From NCBI GenBank assembly GCA_035509535.1, contig DATJLN010000102.1:2420-66419 (forward strand): 64,000 nucleotides of DNA, in the 5' to 3' direction. This document shows, piece by piece, positions 39,885-49,341 of this stretch (positions within the stretch are counted from its first letter, which is position 1; each line of letters begins with the position of its first letter). Made by a program: the position numbers and the translations under genes. This stretch comes from Xanthobacteraceae bacterium (lineage in GTDB: Bacteria > Pseudomonadota > Alphaproteobacteria > Rhizobiales > Xanthobacteraceae). A model generated the notes under the pieces. The model saw nothing but the letters and a program-made list of their open reading frames with translations. It was not told where the DNA came from and did not search any database.

Positions 39885-41828
39885 ATGGTCGCCGTGACCT
39901 TTCCCGACGGCGCATGTCGGGACTACCCCCCAAACACCACCGGCCTCGACATTGCCAAAGGCATTTCGCCGTCGCTTGCCAAGCGGACGGTGGCGATGGC
40001 GCTCGACGGCAAGCTGGCCGATCTCACCGATCCGATCGCGTACGACGCCAAGATCGAGTTTCTCACCCGGGAGGACCCGCGAGCGCTGGAGCTCATTCGC
40101 CACGATGCCGCGCATGTGCTCGCCGAAGCGGTGCAGAGCCTGTGGCCCGGCACCCAAGTCACCATCGGTCCGGTGATCGACAACGGCTTCTATTACGACT
40201 TCTTCCGCAACGAGCCGTTCACGCCGGAGGATTTCGCGGCAATCGAAAAGCGGATGCGCGAGATCATCGCGCGCGACAAAGCCTTCACCAAAGAAGTGTG
40301 GTCGCGCGACCAGGCGAAGAAGGTGTTTCGCGACAAGGGCGAGTTGTTCAAGGTCGAGCTGGTCGACGTCATTCCCGCGGATCAGCAGATCAATATCTAC
40401 AAGCAGGGCGACTGGTTCGATCTGTGCCGCGGTCCGCACATGACCTCGACCGGCAAGGTCGGCAATGCGTTCAAGCTGCTCAAGGTCGCGGGCGCCTATT
40501 GGCGCGGCGATTCAAAACGCGAAATGCTCTCCCGCATCTACGGCACCGCCTTCGCCAAGCAGGACGAGCTCGACGCTTATCTGAAGCAGCTCGAAGAGGC
40601 CGAGAAGCGCGACCATCGCCGCCTCGGCCGCGAGATGGATCTGTTTCACTTCCAGGAAGAAGCGCCCGGCTCGGTGTTCTGGCATCCCAAAGGCTGGACG
40701 CTGTTTCAGACGCTCGAGGCCTATATCCGCCGCCGCCAGGCTGACGCCGGCTATGCCGAGGTCAATGCGCCGCAGCTCATCGACTCCTCGCTGTGGGTCG
40801 CCTCGGGCCACATGGCGACGTTCCGCGACGGCATGTTCCTGGTGCAGCCGCGCGAGGAAGACGAGCGCACCTTCGTGGTCAAGCCGATGAACTGCCCGGG
40901 CCACATCCAGATCTTCAAGAACGGGTTGAAGTCCTATCGCGATCTGCCGTTCAAGCTCGCCGAGTTCGGCAAGGTGCACCGCTTCGAGCCGTCCGGCGCC
41001 CTGCACGGGCTGATGCGGGTGCGCGCCTTCACACAGGACGACGCGCATGTCTTCATCACCGAGGAACAGATCGCCGAAGAAGTCATCAAGGTCAACGATC
41101 TGATCCTGACCATCTACCAAGACTTCGGCTTCGACGACGTGCGCATCAAATTCTCCGACCGCCCCGACAAGCGCATCGGCGACGATGCGGTGTGGGACAA
41201 GGCCGAGGCCGCGCTGATGAAGGCGCTCGAAACTTCGGGGCGGCCGTGGACGCTCAACAAAGGCGAAGGCGCGTTCTACGGGCCCAAGCTCGAATATGTG
41301 CTGCGCGACGCCATCGGCCGCGACTGGCAATGCGGCACCGTGCAGGTCGATCTCAATATGCCGGGCCGGCTCGGCGCCTTCTATATCGACGAGCATTCCG
41401 ACAAGGTGACGCCGGTGATGCTGCATCGGGCCATGTTCGGCTCGCTCGAACGCTTCACCGGGATCATGATCGAGCATTATGCCGGGCACCTGCCGCTGTG
41501 GCTGTCGCCGGTGCAGGCCGTGATCGCCACCATCACCTCGGATGCCGACGCGTATGCGCGCGACGCGTTCGCGGCCGCGCGTGCGCTTGGCTTGCGCGTC
41601 GAAAGCGACCTGCGCAACGAGAAGATCAATTACAAAGTGCGCGAGCACTCGCTGGCGAAAGTCCCGGTGCTGCTCGTCGTCGGCAAGAAAGAAGCCGCCG
41701 AGCGCACCGTCTCGATCCGCCGCCTCGGCAGCGAGAAGCAGCAGACCATGCCGCTCGACGCCGCGCTCGCAGTGCTGGCGCAGGAAGCCGTGCCGCCGGA
41801 CGTGAAGCGGGTGAAGAAGGCGGCGTGA
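39885..41828 (+). CDS. thrS: Threonine--tRNA ligase
   Basis: 647 aa. N-terminal TGS-like VTFPDG, editing-domain [11 protein letters not shown], class II core FRDGMF...MNCPGH...[13 protein letters not shown]...GAFYGPK, and a C-terminal anticodon-binding domain. Confidence 0.95.
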   Translation: MVAVTFPDGACRDYPPNTTGLDIAKGISPSLAKRTVAMALDGKLADLTDPIAYDAKIEFLTREDPRALELIRHDAAHVLAEAVQSLWPGTQVTIGPVIDNGFYYDFFRNEPFTPEDFAAIEKRMREIIARDKAFTKEVWSRDQAKKVFRDKGELFKVELVDVIPADQQINIYKQGDWFDLCRGPHMTSTGKVGNAFKLLKVAGAYWRGDSKREMLSRIYGTAFAKQDELDAYLKQLEEAEKRDHRRLGREMDLFHFQEEAPGSVFWHPKGWTLFQTLEAYIRRRQADAGYAEVNAPQLIDSSLWVASGHMATFRDGMFLVQPREEDERTFVVKPMNCPGHIQIFKNGLKSYRDLPFKLAEFGKVHRFEPSGALHGLMRVRAFTQDDAHVFITEEQIAEEVIKVNDLILTIYQDFGFDDVRIKFSDRPDKRIGDDAVWDKAEAALMKALETSGRPWTLNKGEGAFYGPKLEYVLRDAIGRDWQCGTVQVDLNMPGRLGAFYIDEHSDKVTPVMLHRAMFGSLERFTGIMIEHYAGHLPLWLSPVQAVIATITSDADAYARDAFAAARALGLRVESDLRNEKINYKVREHSLAKVPVLLVVGKKEAAERTVSIRRLGSEKQQTMPLDAALAVLAQEAVPPDVKRVKKAA

Positions 41829-42015
41829 TCGCGCCTATTCGCGATGTGTGGACCCCTGTCCGGCGTTCGAAGGCCAAGCGGACATCGAATTGGCCGGGCT
41901 GAACGTGGCTCAATGACCCAGCTCCGGCTTTGCCGGACCCCCATTCCACCCGTCGGTATTCCCTGATGTAATCGCTGGTAGCGGCGAACCGGGAAGGGGG
42001 CCCAGGAAGGTATGC

Positions 42016-43122
42016 GTGTCGGCGCAAACTGGACGTGAAAAAGACCTCCCGGATGGGGGCAAGACTGGCGCGCTGATCCGCGCGCTGGATTGGTCCAAGA
42101 CCAGCTTGGGACCGATCTCGGCTTGGCCTTCACATCTCAAAGTCACCGTCAGCCTTATCCTGCCGGCCCAGGCACAAATCGTGCTGTTCTGGGGTCCAGA
42201 GTTCGTGGCCTTGTACAATGACGCCTACGCGCCGACGATCGGCAACAAACATCCAGAGGCACTCGGTCGGCCCGCGCGGGAGAACTGGGCGGAGCTGTGG
42301 GACGACCTCGAGCCCCTGCTGCGGCGCGTTCTCGAGACCGGCGAGACGGTATTCGCCAAGGATCGCCCCTTCTACATCGAGCGGCATGGCTACCCGGAAA
42401 ACGTGCACTTCGACATCTCCTACTCTCCTGTTCGCGACGATGCGGGCAAAGTCGACGGCGTCCTCTGTATCGTGAGCGAGACGACCGAGCGCGTCATCGC
42501 GCAAGAACGTCAACGCCTGCTGCTTCGGGAGACGAACCACCGGCTGAAGAACTTGTTCGCCATGGTCGACGCCATGATCACCCTGAGCGTGCGATCGGCC
42601 CGGACGCCGCAGGAGTTCGCCCAAGCGCTTCGTGGCCGGCTCGCCGCGCTGCTGCGGGCCAAAGAACTCGTGCGGCCGGGGATCATCGGCACGGAACAAG
42701 CGGCAAGCGAGCGCACGACGGTCGATGCGCTTGTGCGAACGATTTTGCAGCCCTACGACGACGACAGATTTCGCGAACGCATCAGCGTAATTGGCCCCGA
42801 TGTATCGGTCGGAGCGAAGGCGGTAACCAGCCTCGCCTTGGCGCTGCATGAGAGCGCAACGAACGCCGTCAAATACGGCGCACTTTCAGAGCCGGATGGC
42901 GGGATCCGCATCAAGTGGGAGACGCACGGCGGCGACTTCCGTCTGGAGTGGGAAGAAACCGGCGGCCCCGCGATTGTCGTCGCTCCAAACGCCCGAGGCT
43001 TCGGCAGCCTTCTTGCCGAACGCAGCATCATCAGTCAGCTTGGCGGCAAGATCGAGTACGACTGGCAACGGAACGGCCTCAAGCTGCGATTGACGGTTCC
43101 GTTGAATCGGCTTTCGGTCTGA
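42016..43122 (+). CDS. PAS-domain HWE-family sensor histidine kinase (orphan)
   Basis: The H-box is ETNHRLKNLFAMV and the N-box is HESATNAVKYGA, typical of HWE/HisKA_2 kinases. The N-terminus is PAS-like. No response regulator is adjacent. Confidence 0.8.
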   Translation: MSAQTGREKDLPDGGKTGALIRALDWSKTSLGPISAWPSHLKVTVSLILPAQAQIVLFWGPEFVALYNDAYAPTIGNKHPEALGRPARENWAELWDDLEPLLRRVLETGETVFAKDRPFYIERHGYPENVHFDISYSPVRDDAGKVDGVLCIVSETTERVIAQERQRLLLRETNHRLKNLFAMVDAMITLSVRSARTPQEFAQALRGRLAALLRAKELVRPGIIGTEQAASERTTVDALVRTILQPYDDDRFRERISVIGPDVSVGAKAVTSLALALHESATNAVKYGALSEPDGGIRIKWETHGGDFRLEWEETGGPAIVVAPNARGFGSLLAERSIISQLGGKIEYDWQRNGLKLRLTVPLNRLSV

Positions 43123-43186
43123 GGCCGCGACGCGAGCCAAAGCGGCGTGTCGATCCACAGCCTGCAGCGCAGATCGCGACTGCCGA

Positions 43187-44239
43187 CTAGTGCGTCAGCA
43201 CCTCGACCTCGCCGTCGACGCCGGTGATGACCTTGAAATCGCGCTGGAAGGTGCGGCTGTCGTTGCGGGCGATGACGTGATAGTCGCCTTCGGCAAGCAC
43301 GAGGCGCGGAAAGGCGCCGATCGATTCCTTGATCACGTCGCCGCCCGGCGTCAGCACCGTCCATTGCGTATTGGCGAGCGCCTCGCCGCCGGGATTGTTG
43401 ACGAGCTTGAGCGTGATCACCGCGGCGCGGTGCGTCACCACGATGTCGATAAGCTTGGCGGCGTCGACATGCACGTCGGAGCGCACCACCGAATTGCCGT
43501 CGCCGTAATTGGAGACGATGTTGTAGGTGCCTTCCGGCAGCAGCACGACGTCGCCGGTCATGACATTCTGCGCGATCGGGCGGCGGTCGGACGTGTTGGT
43601 GTCGAACTGGCTGCCCTTGAAGATGTCGAACGAAATTTGTCCCGGCGGAATCTTCACGTCGCCGACGCGGCCCTCGAGCCGGATGCCGCCGGCTGGAATG
43701 TCCAGCACTTCGCGCACGCTATCGCTGCGCAATTGCACCGACTTCGCTGCACTGGCGAGGCCGAGGCTCGCATGCACGACGTAGCTGCCGGGCGGCAGCA
43801 CGAAAGTCGGCGTGGCGCTGCGATCTTCCTTGATCAGCGGGAACAACCCGGTGGCGTCGGGCTTCGCCGCATATACCCGCCAGATCAGGCCGCCGCTGAT
43901 CGCGGCCGCGTCCTTGCCGAAACGCGCGGCAACGGCCAGAGCGACGCGCCCGGCCGGGACCGCGGGCATGGTCTGTGCGAGCGGCGGCCCGAGCGGCGCG
44001 GCCGGCGCCCCGAGCGGCGACGGATTGACGATGGAGGCGCCGGGCGATCCGACGCCGCCGACCAGCGGTACCGACGCGGTCGACTGCGGCGCCGCGAGGT
44101 TGCGGGTTTGCGCGCGCGCCGGCGCGGACAACACGCCAAGCGCTATGGCAAACATAATGCCAGCCGCTACGGCAATCCCGGCACCGCTGCGCGAAGCTGT
44201 CACGTCCCATCCCAACATCGCGGCTTTTGTCGATCTCAA
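43187..44239 (-). CDS. Conserved hypothetical exported protein with three internal repeats
   Basis: 350 aa with a signal/anchor helix, a Pro/Ala-rich linker, then three related modules marked by PPGSYVVHASLG, PEGTYNIVSNYG and AEGDYHVIARND. Confidence 0.6.
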   Translation of the reverse strand: MRSTKAAMLGWDVTASRSGAGIAVAAGIMFAIALGVLSAPARAQTRNLAAPQSTASVPLVGGVGSPGASIVNPSPLGAPAAPLGPPLAQTMPAVPAGRVALAVAARFGKDAAAISGGLIWRVYAAKPDATGLFPLIKEDRSATPTFVLPPGSYVVHASLGLASAAKSVQLRSDSVREVLDIPAGGIRLEGRVGDVKIPPGQISFDIFKGSQFDTNTSDRRPIAQNVMTGDVVLLPEGTYNIVSNYGDGNSVVRSDVHVDAAKLIDIVVTHRAAVITLKLVNNPGGEALANTQWTVLTPGGDVIKESIGAFPRLVLAEGDYHVIARNDSRTFQRDFKVITGVDGEVEVLTH

Positions 44240-44382
44240 TCACGGCAATTTCAAGCCCCGCGCGCCGTATCTGCTGCTTGATTGGACCGGGCAGAACTTC
44301 GCCGGATGTGGCTGACTTCCTGCCCCTTTTCACCTTATCCTCGCGTGGCAGCGCGTCCGTTCAGCGTCCGTGAGGAATCCAG

Positions 44383-45372
44383 GTGAGTCCAACCGACATC
44401 GTGCCGAAACCCGTTGCGACAGAGCGGCCCGGCGTGAAATCCGAAATGCCATCCATCGGTCTCGTGCTCGGCAGCGGCGCCGCGCGCGGCTTCGCCCATA
44501 TCGGCGTGATCCGCACGCTGCTCGCGAACGGGATCAAGCCGGACGTCATCGTCGGGACCTCGATGGGCGCACTGGTCGGCGGCTGCTACGCCACCGGACA
44601 ACTCGACATGCTCGAAGACTGGGCGCGCTCCCTGAACATGCGGCGCGTCATCAGCTATCTCGATGTGAGGATCGGCGGCTCGGGCCTGATCGGCGGCGGC
44701 CGGCTGAGCAGCAAGCTCGAAGAGTCGATCGGCACCGGCAACATCGAGGATCTGCCGATCCGCTTCGCGGCGATCGCAACGGAAATCGGCACCGGCCATG
44801 AAGTCTGGCTGACGCGCGGCTCGCTGGCGCTGGCGCTGCGCGCCTCCTACGCGCTGCCCGGCATATTCCCGCCGGTTCGCATGGGCGGACGCTGGCTGGT
44901 CGACGGCGCTTTGGTCAACCCGGTGCCGGTGTCGGCAGCGCGCGCCTTCGGTGCGCGCGTCGTCATCGCCGTCAACATGGACGCCGACCGTTTCGGCCGC
45001 GGCGCCACCATCGCCAGCCACGGCTCGGATCCCGGTGACATCGCCGCGCTCGCGCCGCCCTCGCCGGCGCGCAACGGCTTCGCGCGGCTGCGCGGCATAT
45101 TCGGCGCCGAGCGCGCGCTCAAGCGCGAAATCATCGCCGGCACGAACCGGCCGAGCTTCTCAACGGTGATGATTGAATCGTTCAACATCATGCAGGATCG
45201 CCTCACCCGCATGCGACTTGCCGGCGATCCGCCCGACATCCACATCACCCCGCGCATCGGCCATATCGGCTGGCTCGATTTTCACCATGCCGGGGAAACG
45301 ATCGAGGTCGGACGGGTGGCGACGGAAAAAGCGCTCGAGTCGATCAATCAATCGATCGCCGATCTGAGTTGA
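44383..45372 (+). CDS. Patatin-like phospholipase (RssA-like)
   Basis: GLVLGSGAARGFAHIGV (oxyanion GGxR/K-like), GTSMGA (GxSxG) and a downstream DGA(L) catalytic Asp motif (LVDGALVNPVP). Confidence 0.9.
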   Translation: MSPTDIVPKPVATERPGVKSEMPSIGLVLGSGAARGFAHIGVIRTLLANGIKPDVIVGTSMGALVGGCYATGQLDMLEDWARSLNMRRVISYLDVRIGGSGLIGGGRLSSKLEESIGTGNIEDLPIRFAAIATEIGTGHEVWLTRGSLALALRASYALPGIFPPVRMGGRWLVDGALVNPVPVSAARAFGARVVIAVNMDADRFGRGATIASHGSDPGDIAALAPPSPARNGFARLRGIFGAERALKREIIAGTNRPSFSTVMIESFNIMQDRLTRMRLAGDPPDIHITPRIGHIGWLDFHHAGETIEVGRVATEKALESINQSIADLS

Positions 45373-45407
45373 CGCGCCTTGATCTGAGCCGACGCACCTC
45401 GCGGCGA

Positions 45408-45740
45408 TTAGCGCGAAGGCGACAGTTGCGCGCAGCCGGTCTGGCAGCTGATCTGCGCACTGGTGCAGCCGAGCTGACACGACGTGCCGATTCCAGTTCC
45501 CGTTCCTGCCGTAGAGGTTTGCGCCGCGATCGAGGCGCCGCTCGCCCCCGGCAGGATACATGTCGTCTGGCAGCTTGCGGCCGTCGAATTGCATCTCATC
45601 ATGCAATTGGTGACGGTCGAGGTCACGGTCGATGTCTGGGGCGTGACGGGCTGCGACTGCTCCTGAGCAAGGACAATGCCGGGAAGCATGGCTGCCAAGA
45701 GCGCAGCCGAAACAGCCGATGCCGTCGTCACGCGCCGCAT
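45408..45740 (-). CDS. Hypothetical small exported protein with a duplicated C-x3-C-x6-C-x3-C motif
   Basis: 110 aa. Signal peptide MRRVTTASAVSAALLAAMLPGIVLA. Contains NCMMRCNSTAASCQTTC and SCQLGCTSAQISCQTGC, separated by a Ser/Thr/Gly/Ala-rich linker. Confidence 0.55.
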   Translation of the reverse strand: MRRVTTASAVSAALLAAMLPGIVLAQEQSQPVTPQTSTVTSTVTNCMMRCNSTAASCQTTCILPGASGASIAAQTSTAGTGTGIGTSCQLGCTSAQISCQTGCAQLSPSR

Positions 45741-45771
45741 GATGCTCTCCTCAACGCTTTCGACGCAGCTG

Positions 45772-46206
45772 TCAGGCCGTCAGGATGTAGTCGTGCATCG
45801 CCGCGGAATCGCTTTCCATCTGATGCAGGCGATGTTTGACGACGTCGCCGATCGAGATGAGGCCGACCGCCCGGCCCTGGTCCACGACCGGAACGTGGCG
45901 GAATTTGCCCTCGGTCATGCGTTCCATGATGCTCGTGACCGTCTCGCTCTCGGTGCATGTCGAGACTTTTCGCGTCATGGTTTGACTGACCGGCTCGCCC
46001 AAAGCCGCCGAGCCGTGCTCGGCCAGCGCGCGAACGATGTCGCGTTCCGACAAAATGCCGGCAATGCGGCGGTCCGCGCCGAGGATCAGCACGGCGCCGA
46101 TGCGCTTTTCGGCAAGAAGCGCGACAGCCGACGCCAGGCTCGCGCTCGGTTCTATGCTGACGACCTCGCGGCCTTTGCCGGCGAGGATAGAGTTCACAGT
46201 CGTCAT
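45772..46206 (-). CDS. CBS domain pair protein
   Basis: 144 aa with two CBS-like units (GAVLILGADRRIAGILSERDIVRAL and HVPVVDQGRAVGLISIGDVVKH). Confidence 0.85.
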   Translation of the reverse strand: MTTVNSILAGKGREVVSIEPSASLASAVALLAEKRIGAVLILGADRRIAGILSERDIVRALAEHGSAALGEPVSQTMTRKVSTCTESETVTSIMERMTEGKFRHVPVVDQGRAVGLISIGDVVKHRLHQMESDSAAMHDYILTA

Positions 46207-46427
46207 CGTGGCCTCCCTGCTGCGCTGCGCCGCGCCGCGTGGATGTTTTCCGCGCGCGGATCGCGGCCTACCCTCATCGCTCGACCGCGCGTGATGGCCG
46301 ACGGGTCGGTGAAGGTTAGAGAGTCAACTGCGCTCGATGGCGCCGGGTTCCGCCGGTGACGGCCGACAAATGCGCTGCGGCGCAATATGCGGCGCGGCGG
46401 CGCAGCATCCGCCGCCCCGCCGCAACG

Positions 46428-47213
46428 TCACGAGCCGGTTGTTTCCGTATCGAGCGCGGCCCGCGGCACGGCCGGATCGAAAGCCGAGAACAGGAACAGG
46501 CCGGCGAAAAATCCGCCGACATGGGCCTGCCAGGCGATGTCCTGTCCCGCCTCCGTGCCGAACGACACGGTGCCTAAACCGAACAAGGCGTTCAGGCCGA
46601 GCCAGACCGCGAGGAACAGGAGAAAGCGTGGATCGCGCAACGTTGCGCCAAGCGGCACCGCCGGCACCCGGTAGGCGGCATCGGCGCCCATGCGAAACGT
46701 GGCGAGCGGGCCGCCTTGCTGAAAGACGAAGCGCATCGCCGCCGCCATCGCACCCGACACGGCCGCCGATGCGCCGATCATCGGCACGAGCGCGCCCCAA
46801 TGACTGACGAGATGGGCGAAGGCACCGGCTGCCGACATCACCAGCATGAAGAGGACGTAACGCCAGGCGCCGAACCGGCGCGCCAGCGCGGTGGCGAACG
46901 GCAAGAGCCAGGCGAGATTGAGTCCGAGGTGCATGAGATCGGCATGCAGAAACGCGTAGGTGAAGAAAGTCCACAGATCCGCAGCGAATCCGCCCGGCAG
47001 CGCGGTCGCCGCGATATTGCTGCCGTAGCGGGCGGGGATAAAGGCGAAGGTCAGGAGGAATTGCAGGTCCTGCTCGTCGGTCAAGACGAGCATGCGCAGC
47101 GCATGCACCAGCACCAGCACGACGACCGTCGCAATGACGACGGCCGGCACATTGAAGATCGGCTCACGAATGCGGGGTTCGGCGAATTGCGTCACGAAGT
47201 CCAGAGTCCTCAC
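46428..47213 (-). CDS. Rhomboid family intramembrane serine protease
   Basis: GTG start preceded by AGGA. HADLMHLGLNL, GASAAVSGAM (GxSxxxxG catalytic Ser) and AHVGGFFAG (catalytic His). Confidence 0.85.
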   Translation of the reverse strand: MRTLDFVTQFAEPRIREPIFNVPAVVIATVVVLVLVHALRMLVLTDEQDLQFLLTFAFIPARYGSNIAATALPGGFAADLWTFFTYAFLHADLMHLGLNLAWLLPFATALARRFGAWRYVLFMLVMSAAGAFAHLVSHWGALVPMIGASAAVSGAMAAAMRFVFQQGGPLATFRMGADAAYRVPAVPLGATLRDPRFLLFLAVWLGLNALFGLGTVSFGTEAGQDIAWQAHVGGFFAGLFLFSAFDPAVPRAALDTETTGS

Positions 47214-47309
47214 CTGCGTCCTCGGTTGCCGAGATAAGCGGACGCTGCCCCCGGAGCAAGCGGGTGTGTCGATAAGGGCGGCCGATCGCCGGCAGGCCCC
47301 CCGAGGTTC

Positions 47310-47350
47310 AAAAAAAGCAAGGGGGAGGACCGAAAAGTCCTCCCCCTTGC
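47310..47350 (-). terminator. Strong intrinsic terminator on the minus strand, upstream of the rhomboid gene and downstream of no ORF
   Basis: A 14-bp perfect stem, gcaagggggaggac / gtcctcccccttgc (47317..47330 and 47337..47350), with a 6-nt loop. It is followed on the minus strand by U7 (47310..47316). Confidence 0.75.
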
Positions 47351-47383
47351 CTACGCGCGGGGTTCCGCGGCGACGCCATCGAT

Positions 47384-47431
47384 TTCAGGCAAGTCCTGAT
47401 TCAGGCAAGTCCCGATTCAGGCAAGTCCTGA
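47384..47431 (-). repeat. Three tandem 16-nt units, each a 5-bp/5-nt hairpin (UCAGG-ACUUG-CCUGA on the minus strand)
   Basis: The units are at 47385..47399, 47401..47415 and 47417..47431, separated by single T residues. The middle unit carries one substitution that keeps pairing as G.U only in the minus-strand RNA. Confidence 0.9.
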
Positions 47432-47761
47432 AATTTTCTGGCGTCGGTCACATCCCTACGCCTCCCTTTGTCGGCTCAGAACCGCCGGCGAACGCGGCGG
47501 CCAAAAGAACAGCAAGAAGAGAAACGGCCGGAAGGAAACAAGTCGGCCTTGCGTGACGACACCCTAAGCAGCTACCGCTCGGCGGCCAATGTCAACGTTT
47601 TGTTAATGTTAATTTTGCGCTAGCGCCCCCGCCTGTGAGCCGCGCGATGCCGCGGCACACCCCCTGCTCCTCCTCACCCGGCAAGGCCGCGCGCCGTCAG
47701 ACCTGTCCCGTTTGGAGACAAGTCGACAGCGCCGGCACCCGCTTACAGGGAGTGAGCGACC

Positions 47762-48367
47762 ATGAAACATGCGGCGAGCCGCGAACTTTACGCGTATTGG
47801 GACGAGCGCCGGGGCAGCCGGCCGGCCCCCGAGCGCGCCGATATCGAGCCCGGCGCCATCCGCCATGTGCTCGGCGACGCTTTCATCCTCGGCCTCGACG
47901 CCCGCGCCGGACATCGGTTTCGCCTGGCCGGCACCCGGATCTGCGCTCTGTTCGGCCGTGAGCTCAAGAGCGAGTCCTTCATCGGTCTATGGACGGCAGC
48001 AAGCCAGCCGACGATCACGAGTCTCATGACCATTCTCGAATCGGAACAAGTCGGCACCGTTGCCGGCGTAACCGCGCGGAACATCGACGGCGAGCTGATC
48101 GATCTCGAGCTCCTGCTGCTGCCACTGAGTTCCACACGACCGAGCCTCGCCCGTGCGCTTGGCGTTCTGGCGCCGCTCGAGACGCCGCATTGGCTGGGGT
48201 TGAGGCCGATCGGCGCGCTCACGCTCGGGCCGCGCCGGCACCTTGGTGCGGAACTCGAGACGCGACTGCTGCCGCGGTTCATGGCGTCACGGCGCAGCCG
48301 GTTGCGCCGACAATTGGTCGTCCATGACGGCGGCGCGGCTAACGGACCGTTAAGACCGCCCGCCTAG
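47762..48367 (+). CDS. PAS_5 (DUF1457)-type PAS domain protein
   Basis: MKHAASRELYAYWDERRGSRPAPERADIEPGAIRHVLGDAFIL ... FRLAGTRICALFGRELKSESF matches the alphaproteobacterial stand-alone PAS_5 family. Confidence 0.7.
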   Translation: MKHAASRELYAYWDERRGSRPAPERADIEPGAIRHVLGDAFILGLDARAGHRFRLAGTRICALFGRELKSESFIGLWTAASQPTITSLMTILESEQVGTVAGVTARNIDGELIDLELLLLPLSSTRPSLARALGVLAPLETPHWLGLRPIGALTLGPRRHLGAELETRLLPRFMASRRSRLRRQLVVHDGGAANGPLRPPA

Positions 48368-48402
48368 GTTTCATCTTGCCGTGACAAGCAAAGTGAACAA
48401 GC

Positions 48403-49020
48403 GTGGCGTTAGCGGAGCGACTCCCGAGTCTGAAAGCCCTGAGCGAGGATCGCCGCCGCCATCAGCGCGTGCAGGTGAACCTGCTCGGCCGCTATATGTT
48501 GGCCGACCGCCGCGAATTTCCTTGCCAGGTCGTTAACATGTCGCCGGGCGGCATGGCGCTGATCGCGCCGGTGACCGGCGCTCCCGGCGAACGCGTCATT
48601 GCCTATGTCGATCATCTGGGCCGGCTCGAGGGCCGGATCGCGCGGCTGTTCCAGAACGGCTTCGCCATGACGATCGCGGCGACCGAGCGCAAACGCGACA
48701 AGCTCGCCGCGCAGCTGACCTGGCTCGCCAACCGCCACCTCCTCGCCTCGCCGGAAGACCGCCGCCACGGCCGCCGCGTGCCGCGCAACCCGGCCGGCCG
48801 CCTCATTCTGCCCAATGGCGTCAACCTGACTTGCCGCATCATCGACGTCTCGGAATCCGGTGCCGGCATCGCGACCGACCAGCGGCCGGCGATCGGTGCG
48901 CTGGTAACGCTCGGCAAGATCCAGGGCCGGGTGGTGCGGCACCTGGAAGAAGGCTTCGCCATCGAGTTCACCCGCCTGCAGCATCCGGACTTCGTCGAAG
49001 AGAACGTGAGCGGCGGGTAA
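48403..49020 (+). CDS. Tandem PilZ domain protein (putative c-di-GMP receptor)
   Basis: Two RxxxR + (D/N)xSxxG pairs: RRHQRV...NMSPGGMAL and RRHGRRV...DVSESGAGI. Confidence 0.8.
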   Translation: MALAERLPSLKALSEDRRRHQRVQVNLLGRYMLADRREFPCQVVNMSPGGMALIAPVTGAPGERVIAYVDHLGRLEGRIARLFQNGFAMTIAATERKRDKLAAQLTWLANRHLLASPEDRRHGRRVPRNPAGRLILPNGVNLTCRIIDVSESGAGIATDQRPAIGALVTLGKIQGRVVRHLEEGFAIEFTRLQHPDFVEENVSGG

Positions 49021-49341
49021 ACGTCTTCCCCACAATTGACACTTGCCCGGCGGTACCCCGCGGCGCCGCCCATGCGGTTGCGCCCGCGACGGATGGTATC
49101 GGCCGCCCGCCGTCCCGCCCGGACGACAGCACGGAAGTCCGCATGGCAGCGCCATAAGTGCGCGAGAGATAAAATTTGAATCAAAATAGAATAGTTGGAT
49201 TTTTATACTATATTCAATTGAATGAGCTGCAGTTTTGACTGCATCTTGATCTGACTTTACTTCAAATTGCCGCCCGCTACTTAGCGGCGCCGCAAAAGCT
49301 TTGTGGGAAACGTGGCCCCGACGAGATGGGAAGGGGTCACA

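Larger units (their letters stand above)
47310..47560 (-). ncRNA. Candidate structured leader RNA or sRNA upstream of the rhomboid gene (5-prime end undefined)
   Basis: Contains the terminator, the three tandem hairpins, a further hairpin with GACUUG in its loop (47526..47550) followed by a U-rich tract, and AAGGGAGG + 7 nt + AUG-UGA (47448..47468). It has no ORF of useful length on the minus strand; the only >=60-aa ORF over it (47092..47556, plus strand) looks like a GC-driven artefact. Confidence 0.35.

Noticed and set aside
47384-47431. A CRISPR-like or CsrA/RsmA-titrating GGA repeat array.
   Set aside because: The units are 16 nt and contiguous, so this is not a CRISPR array. GGA lies in the stems rather than the loops, and CsrA is generally absent from this lineage. 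The array is kept as part of the candidate structured RNA instead.
47526-47550. An SRP (4.5S) RNA-like CCGGAAGGAAACA segment.
   Set aside because: The flanking sequence cannot form the conserved domain IV helix with its symmetric and asymmetric loops, and the GGUGCUGUUU-type 5-prime motif is absent. The segment fits better as a hairpin within the candidate minus-strand RNA.
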